Made by a program: the position numbers and the translations under genes. The notes beneath the pieces are model-generated. The model saw nothing but the letters and a program-made list of their open reading frames with translations. It ran no database searches and was not told where the DNA came from. Shown in pieces: positions 28,001 through 40,000 of a stretch of 64,000 nt of DNA (positions within the stretch are counted from its first letter, which is position 1; every line of letters begins with the position of its first letter). The DNA is from Malacoraja senta (taxonomy: Eukaryota), in assembly GCA_038087875.1 (NCBI GenBank), contig CM075985.1:13764001-13828000 (forward strand), read 5' to 3'.

Positions 28001-31000
28001 CAATTGCTTCATTTATTTGCTAAAATGAGCAGTGACCTGCAGATGATTTCTCTTCACTGCATAGAATCAACTTGCTGGTGACAAATAATCCATCTTCTGG
28101 AATAATTTATTCAAAATATCTCCGGTATAATCAAGCAGATTTGGTACAAATGTACATATTGTCTTATAACTCAGTTAAATGCTGATCTGAAATTTGTTAA
28201 ACTTTTATGTTTTACAGTACTCCAAAATTAAAATTCATAATCAGCAACATTGCAGAGCTAAAAATACTTGAATTGAAGTTGTAACTTAAAAAAATCTTTG
28301 AACCAGCCAATATGATTGTCAACCTTGTGTTCCCAAAATTTATGTTCCTTTTAACTATTGGAATAAACTATCATTCCAAATTTATGTTGCTGTGGTCACG
28401 CTTTTAATCGTGAGTTAGTTCCAGCAATGCACCCCCAGCCTCTCAATCTTCCATAATAAAAATGTTGTTTTCTCTTTATTCTCAATCTCTGCCGTTTGAA
28501 GCCTTTGCTATAGTCCAAATGAATATATGTTTATTTGATATGCCTTCTCTGGTACCCGGAAGATAAATATATTAGTTTTCCTGAGCACCCTTCCTATCAT
28601 CACTTTAATGCATTGTCTCTCAATACTTGGCTGACAGGACATAATCAACTTGAAGCTCAGTGTTTGTATCCCAGTGGATTTGGTGTTGCTTATTCATGGC
28701 CAGTGATCTGTGGAGCAGCGGGCCATCTGCTTCAAGTTCTCTGGGGCAAAGGTGCATCGGACCTCCAAACTTCTACTGCTGGTACATTTATCAGTAAATG
28801 TCTTTTTTTCAACAAAGTTTGACAAAGTAGGTACAGTTACTCCAGCTGATGTTTATACTGCTTTAGACTTAATCTGTTTTCTTGATAATGGTAATGCATT
28901 TCCACTGATAATATTTTACAGACTCCAGACACAGTGTTTGGCATTGAAGGGAGAGTATACTCTTGCTATAGGCAGACCACTGCGCAGTGAGGTTTGGTAC
29001 TTCTCAAATATCTTCCTGAGGATGCTTGGGTGAATCAGATGAGTTCATATGCATGAGAGTTTCTCTTAGCTTAACATTGAGTTTATTCAGCTCAAAATCG
29101 AAAGCAGTTGAAAAGAATGAAACCTATTTTTTGAATAACTACATTCTCTGAAATTAACCAACATCCAGGTGTTAGGCATACCTTTACAGCTTTACTTAAA
29201 TATTTATGTTAGTCTATTTCCTTTCTTTATTGGTTGATGTTAATCTATCTTTGACAATTGCTGTTAATGGATGTCTTGGATCGGGTGAAGAAGTAGATTT
29301 ATGATGCTTTTGGATTTGTAGTGTCTTGACAATGTCCATGCTCACAAAAGAGATTTTTGGTAAGATGTATTAACAATGTTGGGACGAGTGACTGAAATTG
29401 AAGTGAAGCAGTACATTGGAGAGAAACGTGCCTGGAAGGATAACGTTGGTTCCTGTTACTCAGTCTTTGCAGAATATGACCAAGGCAATTGTGAAGTGAA
29501 AAGTCATGTTTGTGCATGGTAGTTAATAAGGAGGCTGTTTAAATACAGGTCGCTGCCACATTGTGGGAAAATTGTGTTCCTAGAAAAGGGGCCATATCGC
29601 AGTTTTCTACAGCACCAAGCCATTTTCTCTGTGCAAGCATTAGGAAACGAGATGAAAAAAATTATGTTGATTTAAAAAAAAAAAATCACACAAATTCTGT
29701 ATTTCAAATTCCTGGTTATTGATTGGTAAGGGCTAATTTCTGTAATCTAAATAGCCATAAGGCAGGGGGCTCTATATGGGGCAATAATTGGGAGTGAAGT
29801 GATCAAATATGTTTATTTGACAACATTACTCTTATGTTATCCTTTTAATGGATTATGCATTATAAGTAAAAGTATGTTTAGGTGGTGAGATTTGGTTCTT
29901 AAATCATCCAAACCGCCTTTGACATATGATTTATACCAAGCAAGGGAAGCTATAGGTATGAATTTGTCCACATCTCTGCTTTATTAAACATGGATTTTTG
30001 ATAGCAGAAATAAACTTTGGCTTGTAGGCTCAATCTTCATGGTATATTAATCTAGCTCAGTTCTGAATAAGCCGCAAGCTGTATATCTGACTTGCATTAA
30101 CTTGAATTAAAATTTATAAAACTTAAACAATAGTTTTATATGCTTCATTTATATGTATCTGGTTTGAGGAATGGTTCAAATTAGCACTTGTATTTCTATT
30201 TTATAGAACAATTTCCTTTGTCAATTTGATTATATGGAATTGAAATCTTTGTGTCCCGCGGTAATCTCTTATTAATCTCTTATTAAAATAAATCTGTGGT
30301 TAATTGGCCAAGAAAGGTATTCATGATTATTGCAAAGATTTTGAGTTTCGTCCTCTTTCCCCCCCCCCACCCCCTCCCCATAAGTGTTTTTTTCAGAGAC
30401 ATTCCAGCTATAATGGTTAGTGATTAATGGGACTTTAAAAGGCAATGACATTGGTATTTACAATGATTATAAAAGTGACATAATTGTAACTATTTATCAC
30501 CATGTCAGCTTTTACAGTGGGTCAAGGTTTCTAAAATCTGTGTCCACTGTTAAAAATGGAAGGACATTTATTGTTCAGTTTCTTTGGCATTTCATCACAT
30601 TTCAGCAGGAGTTTATCATCTTTATCTCATAGTGACCATATCCCTACTTTGATTCTCTTATCCATACTGATCGATTTCAAGGTCAGTTTAATGTCACATG
30701 TACCAATTAAGGTACAGTGAAATTTTGAGTCACCATACAGCCATACTAAGTGAAAAGCAACAAGACACACAGCCACATAAAATAAAAGTTAACATAAACA
30801 TCCACTACAGCGGCGCCCCACATTCCTCACTGTGATGGAAGGTAATAAAGTCCAATCTTCTCCCTCTTTATTCTACTGCGGTCAGGGCTGTCGAACCATC
30901 CGCAGTCGGGGCCATCAAAGCTCCTGCAGCCGGCAATCCGAAGCCCTCGCGTTGGGGTGATCGAAACTCCCTCATTGGGACGATTGAAACTCTCCGCGGC

Positions 31001-34000
31001 TTTGAACTCCCGAATCGGTCTCTAACCAGTGAACACGGGCTCCACGGTGTTAAAAGTCCACAGGCCCGCAGTTGGAGCTCTCCACAGTCGATCCCCGGCA
31101 AAGGGATCGCAAGCTCCACAACGGTAAGTTCGTGCTGCGCCCACGGTTGAAGCGCCGGGTCTGTCTCCAGGAACGGCAGCGCCACTCTACGATTGAAAGA
31201 GAGTCGAGAGTCAAGATGGTAGGAGTGAAATGAGAGTGTGGCCAGGATGATGATACTGGTTGCCTTTTTGAGGCAGCACTTCCTATAGATGTCTTTCATG
31301 GTGTGGAGGCCAGTACCTATGATGGACTGGTCAATGCTCACCACTTTGTAATATCCTTTATTCCTGGATATTTGCATTGTGGAATCATGCTGTGATGCAA
31401 CCAGTCATTATGCTCTCTACCGTACACATGTGGAAGTTTGAGTGTATTCATCGACATACCGATTCTCCTCAATCTGCTAAGGAAGTAAAGGTGTTGATGG
31501 TTTTCTTTATGATTGCTTCAATGTGCTGCCACAGGACAGATCTTCGGAGATATGCAAACCCAGGAACTTGAGGCTGTTGACCCTCCACCCATCAATGAAA
31601 ACAAGTTTGTGGACTGTGAACCTACAGCTTAGTCTTATTTGACATTGAGAGCAAGGTTGTTGTTTTGGCTCCATTCAATCAGGTGATCGATCTCCCTGCT
31701 ATACTCTGACTCATCATTGCATATAATTCGACCTACTCTGGTGTTGTCGGCGAATTTAAAGATGGAGTTGGAACTGTCCAGCTACGTAGTCATGGATACA
31801 GAGTGAGTAGAGCAGGGAACTGAGCACACAACCTTGAAGTGCACAGGCTAGTATTTAATGCCCAACCCTGATTCCCCTGAAATCATGGTGGTGGATCGTC
31901 TTGTACAATTACAATCTTTTGTACAGTGAAGTTCCTCCCAAAATACTGTTCGCAAGTGAAGAATATTTGTGATTTGGAGATGATCTCAGAAATAAGGACA
32001 TTTCTTTAATAAATTTCTGACTTTCATTTATACCCTGTAAGAATAAAATGTTGTGTTCTCATTTTATTTCTTCCCATTTATCTAAGGAAACACAGACTGT
32101 TTCCTTAGTGGAATCAGCTATGCTAAACCCTATGATTTACTCTGCACCAATATTTATTTATTCTATCCGCTATCTAATCTTGCATTTTGTTTGGGTTGCA
32201 CGTTTTATCATTTTGTTACCACATGGCTTTTATCTAAAGTGGAAATGAACATGATTACCTTCACAGTTTTACAAAGTGTTTTCTTTTTATGACATTTGCT
32301 TGCTCAGCTTCATTACCCAGCACCTTGTCAAACAGGCAAAAGCGGGTGCTGGAAATATAAACTAAAAAAAGAAAGTGCTCAAAATATTCAGCAGGCATAG
32401 CAACATGTGTGGAGAGACAAACATAGTTAATGTTTCGTGGTGATGATGTTTCATTACAATCAGCAAAAGGTGGAAAAATAGTTTGTTGAATTGCAGAGAA
32501 GAGGGATGATTTGAAGAGGAAAAAAAGGGATGCTTCTAATAGAGTGGAGACCAAGAGAAAAGGGAGAAGCAGATTGGTGTTGATAGAGAGAGGGTGACAA
32601 AGGCTAGATAATGCAACTATACTGTCTAGAGGAGGGTGTGAAAAGTAGAATGAAAACAGGATGGAGCAATATTGAAATTCAGTAAATCTGAAATGTCAAG
32701 GGTAATGAGTTTGTATTAAAATAGTAGCTAAAGTGTACGAAACTCATTGAATTAAGTTTTGTACATGAATTAAATTATTTTAATATTGGAAACATTTTGA
32801 GGAGTTGTATGTCTGGAGACTGAGGGAGGGTGTCGGGGTGAGGCTGACAGTATTTGATTTAGCAAGCCATATTTATTGTGGGATATTTACCAGAAAATTC
32901 TGATGTCTGTTTTTGGAGACACTTAAGACAATTTGAGGCTTTATATGTAAAAAATAATGTCCTGATCAGACAATACATTAGCAGTACAATGTTTAAAACA
33001 CCAATAATAGAGAACAATGAAAGGGATTGTTATTTGCTTATAAAGAGCCCTACCTGCGCGCCCTGTTTTAGTTGACAATTGGGTCACTGTAAAAGACACA
33101 AGTGGGCTCTTTACATTACATTGATGCATGTATTTAAAGATTTTATGGAATAGATAAATTACTTAATATAATGCTTAATATTAAAATCAAAACATGTAGA
33201 TAACCTACTTAAAATTACAAGGATGGTCAGCAATGCATTTGAGAATATCTCAGTAAATTAAGAAGTAGAAACAAGGAACAGGAGATGCTGGTTTACACAA
33301 AAAGACACAGTGCTGGAGTAACTCAGCGGGTCAGGCAGCATCTCTGGAGAACGTGCATAGGTGACGTTTTTGGTCGGTATCCCCCCAATTCTATCCATGT
33401 TCTCCAGAGATGCTACCTGATCCGCTGAGTAGCTCCAGCACTTTTGTGTCCTTCTCAGTAAACTCCTACAGCACATTTCACACAATGGAGGTAAACCAAC
33501 TTCACCCTCTGGGTATAATCAGGATCACCCATCTATTCTAATATCTACCACATTTCATGATGCTGCATTTGTGATATTCCAGAAATAACATTTGTTCCTG
33601 TAATTTTGTCTTTAGTCCTAACAAAGTTGTTTGTGCAATGAATTATGTTTTTGCAATGATTTATGATATTATCTAAATGTTTTGTAATTTGTTTGAAAAA
33701 ATCTGGTCAATATTTGTATTTTTTCCAAGTAGTTATTTTAATATTTGAGATACAGAAAATGGGGCTACGTTACTGTGCAGGCAGCAACTTTTTAAGTAGT
33801 AATGTCCTGTAGAGAGATCTACTAAGATAACTGACTTAAGTTAGAGACCAGCTTTAAGTTATTTCCTTTTTTTCACTTCATGGCATCTGCCAATAATTTA
33901 ATGCCTACAAATAAGGGTCTGTGTAGTCGTGAAATCTACAGTGCGGCTAACAAAAAATATAATTCCAAAACTAGAATTTTGCTAGCTGCCTACAGTTTTT

Positions 34001-37000
34001 GTTACTTCTATCCTTTCGGTTGATGATATCCCATGATACAATCCATTTTTTTACATTACAGTATTTGTGACCTCTAAAGCTCAAGCATGTTTTGTTGTTT
34101 GCAGTTCCTGTAATTTGTCATCAATAAATCAGAATTGCTTAACAAAACATTTATTCACTTATTCTAATTAATACTGTTCCATGCTCTTCATCTTTTTAAA
34201 AAAAAATGATGCTAATTTCTTTATAGTGTTAGCTCATTCCATATTTTTTTTTCTCTAATAGTGATGTGGAATTCTCGCTGCTGTCGCAATGAGCAAGATT
34301 CAGTGTAAAGGGAATTTCATTTTAATTAAAATTAAAAATTAAATGTCATCCTTCAAAGATACAAATTCCAAATATTGGCTTCTTTGCTTTCCTCCTCCAA
34401 ATCCTCATCAAACTGGATTGGCATGGATTTAAATTCAGCATAATCTGTTGATTAACTTTTCAACAGCTCTTTAATATCCTGATCATTGGGGCGCTGTGTC
34501 ATATTGAAGCACATTATGTTTGTGAACTATGATCAAATGCAGATCGGAGCAGAGTAGATAATCCTTGCCTGGATGACACTGAAACTCAAGCAGCACATTT
34601 TACATAATTTTATGACAAAACATTCCTCTTTCAACATCATGTCAAATGTTTTCAAAGTAACATGTAATGTTTTCAAAGAGCATTTCAAAGAATGCTCAGA
34701 GTACCAAACTTCTCATTTAAAATGTAGATCATAAGGGAGGGAAAGCGATCTAATCAGGTTTTCTATTTGCTAATTATCCTCCTTGTATTTGCATTGCACC
34801 TTTGACAATTAGTGACCATGGTCAGTTAGTGACCAGGGTCAGTTAAAAATTGATACCGAGTCCAGCATGTAGCTTTTGAAATGGTCACAATCTTTGACCA
34901 TCAAAGTAAGGCTTTGATGATTATCTTAAAGGATGTTATATCAGTAGGAAATTCTAGGATAGACACAAAATGTTGGAGTAACTCAGAGGGACAGGCTGCA
35001 TCTCTGGATAGAAGGAATGTGTGATGTTTCGGGTCGAGACCCTTCTTCAGACCTATGGCTTAGGAATAAAGTAGATGAACACATGATCATTAATGCTACA
35101 GTAACTAAATGGATACAGGAGATGACAAGTATGGAGGACCTCGGAGATGTTCAAAGTTTGTAGGAATGGTAAAGATTACTAGATGGATGACGTGATGTTG
35201 TTAAAGGATTAGAAAACGGGTGCAAAATTTTAGAATTGGACACGATGAACCAGGAGGCCATGTAAGTCACACGCATAAGGATGAGGGGTGAGCAGGATTT
35301 GATGCATATTTACACAACAGCATTAAATGAGCAAATGTTTATGTGAAGCAGAAAATACGGGTGCCAAGTAAATAATTAATTCTAGAAGTAGAAATGTGGG
35401 CAATGGTTGTATTAACAGTTAGCTTTGGTAGAGTTGGGTGGAACAGTTATCTGTGGTAACAAGGTTGCAAATCGTCAGGCTCAGCTTAAGACAATTGCTT
35501 AGGAGAGAGACTAAAGGGCCTGTCCCACTTGGGCATCGTTTACACGACATCCTGAAAACTGGTTGGCGCGTCGTGACGTGTGTATGGCCCGTGGTGAGGC
35601 GTGGTGGCGTATGCAGTAACGCGCGGCGCCCCAGGAATTTGCAGTGCTCAAAATCCTCGCGCGCCACCTGCGTGACGTATCCCTTGCACACGCTGACGTA
35701 CTGATGGCGTACGCTGACGTACTGACAGTGTACGTGTAGCGCGTGGTTACGCATAGTTACGCATGGTGACGTATGAACATTGCCTATGCTAATTTATTAT
35801 GCGTCACTGTGCGTCAACGTCCGTAACCATGCGCCGCCTGTACGCCGTCGGCGTGCCATTTGTGCGTCATTTGAGCGCCGCACCACGTGACCACCCGGGT
35901 ATAAAGCGCGCGTAGTCTTGAACAATTTTCACCATAGTATCTTTGATTTTCACTGAGAAAATCCTTGCCACAGAGATCGGACTAAGTACGAACGACATCG
36001 CAAATGGCTCCCAAAAGAAGCAGGGCCCTCAAGAGCACTTGGCTCACAACTGTCGTACTGCTAGACGATTTTTGCGCAACAGTCACTACCGGCCTGTCGC
36101 GTAAATGACACGCAAATGACGCCCAAGTGGGACAGGCCCTTGCGTCATGAAACAGGACATGCACTCCAGGGAGACAGGCAATCAGCTTCTGTCTTTCCAA
36201 ATGAGGAAATCTTTTAAATGCTGGTCATTGGACTAGTGTTGTCAAGAACCTACATGTGGAAGACAAAAAAGAAGCAGGAATGATAAAGCTGAGCTTTGCC
36301 AAGATACACAGAAGTCAATGCCCTTGTGGATAACTGGCTTCAATTAGACATAACAATGGAATTGGCCATGGTAATTCTACTCAGCTGGATATTTTAGAAG
36401 TGATGTCTGATGAAGTTGGTTCTGGTCAACTAGATCAAGGAAAGATATTTATTCTTGGTCACAGTCACATGAAATATCATTTGTGATAGTGGCCATTTCA
36501 TTTCTGGGCAGAGACAGAAGCCTGATTAGAGAGGAATGATGGGTGTATTGGGAAATAACTTGGGTGACGGCATGTCGAAGCACTCTGGGATATTGCAAAT
36601 GGGACAATTGTTCACAAAGAAGAAGTGATTTGTGAAAGGCGATGATGACAGACTTATACAAGGGGGCGAGGGCAAGAGTGGAAAACAGCACAGGTGGCTG
36701 ACCAGATGGGCGTATTTGTCACAAGCATTGAAAATTATGAGTTCCTTATACTGAAAGTAAACAGTTTTTCAGTGCAAAGGAGTTGCATCTGTTTGGCAGT
36801 TATTAAATATTTTCACGAGTTGGCAACAGTGAAAAGCATTAATGTGGAATTTGGTTAAATGCACTGTTGTAACTTCTAGGCTGTGGGCCGAGCATCAAAA
36901 ATGTGTCTAGAAATCAACTTTCGTGACCCATGTCTCGGAACTACATGAAATTTTGCACAGATTTAGATAAAATATAATTGAGAAGGAAGTCATAACTCGT

Positions 37001-40000
37001 CAGTGCCAAAAGTTGCACATTAATTAATTAAACTAATTATAAAAAGAGATCGAAAAAGTAAGCGCCATCGAGTGTCCAATGCCCATATTACACCATAGGG
37101 AGCCTATTTCCCATATCTACCCATATATATATGACATGAATATGACTAATCATATATAATTATGTATAATTATATTATAAAAATAATATAATTGTGAGTG
37201 TGTTTTTTGAATGAGACTGCCGCAGAGGTCCGGCTCCTGAACCCACCTAATTAATGGGTGAGGGCAGATCCTGTGCGTTCCCCCTTTACTGAACCCCACT
37301 GACTGCCAGTGTGCGGGTCACGGCCATGGTGGGACTGGGACAGTGCCAGGCTAAGGCATCTTCCACTGACAGGAAAATGCCTAACCCTAACTCGCTCCCC
37401 TTCCAGAGCTGCCCACAGCTGGAGCTGGAGCGGCTGCGGGCTCCGTACGTGTGGCCCCGAAGTGCGTCCACCTCGGCCAGCATGGCTTTCTCGATCATCT
37501 TGGTGATGAAGGTGGGGAGCAGCACTGCCCTGCACGCCACCCGGGCCGCCTTCAGCACCCCCATAGCACCGGCTCCGTCAGTCCGCCCGCTCGCTCGCTG
37601 CAACACCGGCCTACCGACAGCCCAACCGAACCCTCACAGCACCCACCGGCGGCCCGGCCACTCACCATCCACCGGCGGCCCGGCCACTCTCACAACTAAC
37701 CGGCGGCCCGGCGCAGTTGACCACTCTCACCATCTACCGGCGGCCCGGCCACTCTCACCACCCACCGGCAGCCCGATGGCCCGACAGCCCGACCGATCCT
37801 CCACAGCATCCATCGGCCTACTGACAAGCCCGACCGACCGACTTGGTCTGACCTTAACCCTAACCCTGGCTCTACATTTGTTATTTATCATTTTTATTTA
37901 ACAGTTCACATCATAACTTTATAAAGATAAATCAATTGAAAAACAAAATGATCAGCAAGGTTAGCATTACCTTTATTCCTTGGAAACCCTGTTATTGTTT
38001 TGATGTAATGAGGAGGCAGCCATGATTCCAGGGTCCTCGCTGCCTAGCGACCGTAAAACAAAGCGTGGGATTGGTCAATTTGCGTCCGACCTCAATGTCA
38101 AACGTGCATGGATTGGACAATTATTACTCGGAAAATTGGACGTTTTTCTCATATTTAATCAAAATGTGCAGGTTTTGGTCTTGATGAGTTTCAGGTATGA
38201 TTTATATAATATTTTAATATTATATTTTAACATAATACAATATGTTAAAAATTCAGGTAGTTCCGTGAGTTGGGTCACGAACTTGAACAAAAAAGCTCCT
38301 CTGCCCACAGCCTATTCAGATTTAAAAACCTAATGTGATATTAATGTAACACATGGGTCAGGATTTAGGGTCTGCAGTGGGAAGAGAAGAGCCGACCTCC
38401 ATTTAATTTAATAAGATGCTAAAGATGTTTTTTAGATGTTATGCATTTCATGATAAAGTAGGAAATTCCAAACGTTTTCTGTGAAAGAAAGTGATTTAAT
38501 TACCTTATTTACTTCAGCATTCTTGTCTAGTATAATTCTTTACTTGTTTCTTGGAAGTATAAATTGAAATATCTGTTAAAATAGTCACCAGTGGTTTAAG
38601 GATATAACTTGAAGTGTTTCAGTATTGAAGGGCCTTTTAATGTGCCTAATCGACAACTATTCAGTCCTTTACTTGTTCCACACTTCAATTAGACCATGAA
38701 GAACCTGCACTTCCATTTATATACATTTGATCCACAATGTGCTCATCAATGGAAAACACATCAAGTTCCACACCTGAAATTCAGGTGACCACTGTCTTTT
38801 GGGGAAGTGAGTTGTTTTTTTTGGTCTTTGGGTTTTTTTGCAACCTTAGAATTTTGAAAATCATGGGACTATTGAAAGCCACAAAAAGATATTTACTAGG
38901 ATGGATGAAGAGAATTAGAGAATTAGCAACATTGCAGGGGGGTTTGCCCCAGTATTAAAATTGGAGTTGGACTCTCCAATTGGGATGAACACTTTCCCCA
39001 AATGTGGTGGAAATTTGCAACTTACTATCCTAAACATTTGGAGCTGGGTCTGGTAATTGTTTCCAAGCTGGAGATGAATAAAAGGCAGTTTATATTAAAC
39101 GTTTGCAATTTATAGAATATAAAATGTAGCATTTAAATGAGAATAAATTAACAAATACTGTGGTATAATCTGAAATAACAGGTTATTGCTAAATACTACA
39201 CCATTTTCTAAAAATATAGTCTTGGTAAGATAACTTGTAAAACAGATATACTGTGGATTGATCTGCAGTGCATGTCATTGTCCAGTGAGCGAATAGTGTG
39301 CCTATAGTTTTTCGAATTCAAGTAATTTTCCACTTTTCCGAAGTAAGGAAGACATTTTTTAAGTTGCCTTTTGAGTTGAGCAACGTAATATCTATCTATC
39401 ATATACTTATTAAAACTCTAATCTTGTACGTGTGTGTATATGTGTGTGTATATGTGGTTGTCTTTACATCTTCGCAAAAACACTACGTGGTAACGATTAC
39501 ATTTTTACATATTCTGATTGACATTTTTCCCCTTGAGGCAGAGACCATCTGATGACTTCACAATGGCTCGGCTAGCAGTGATCAGCTTCACTGAAGATGT
39601 CATCCTATATTTGACGCTATTCGCGATTCAGGTTTTAAAAATGCCAACTTTAACAAGATTTTTTACATATTCTGATTCACATTTTTCCCCTCTAGGCAGA
39701 GAACACCTTCACTGAACATTTTATGCTTTATTTCTTGACTTATTACTGATTAAAGTTTTTTTTTAAATCAAAAGACTTTGAAATTAAAATGACCAGCTTC
39801 AACTGATGACGTCACAATTGCTCGGCTAGCAGTGACGACACAGGAACACTCTGAACTTTTCACCTCACAGGAGGGGAAGGGCGAATTGCTATTGCAACAC
39901 GCAGGGGAAGTGCAACTGGATTTTTTTTTTAAGTTCACTGCTCAGGGAGGCAGGGGAGTGCTGGAATCTTATGTTCGGGAACGGCTTGAGTTGGAGGACC

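Noticed and set aside
37380-37870. Interstitial telomere (CTAACCCTAA motifs)
   Set aside because: Only 1.5-2.5 units, inside a transposon; too short to call.
37311-37901. 196-aa plus-strand ORF
   Set aside because: Antisense shadow of a GC3-rich segment plus tandem repeats; the codon pattern favours the minus strand.
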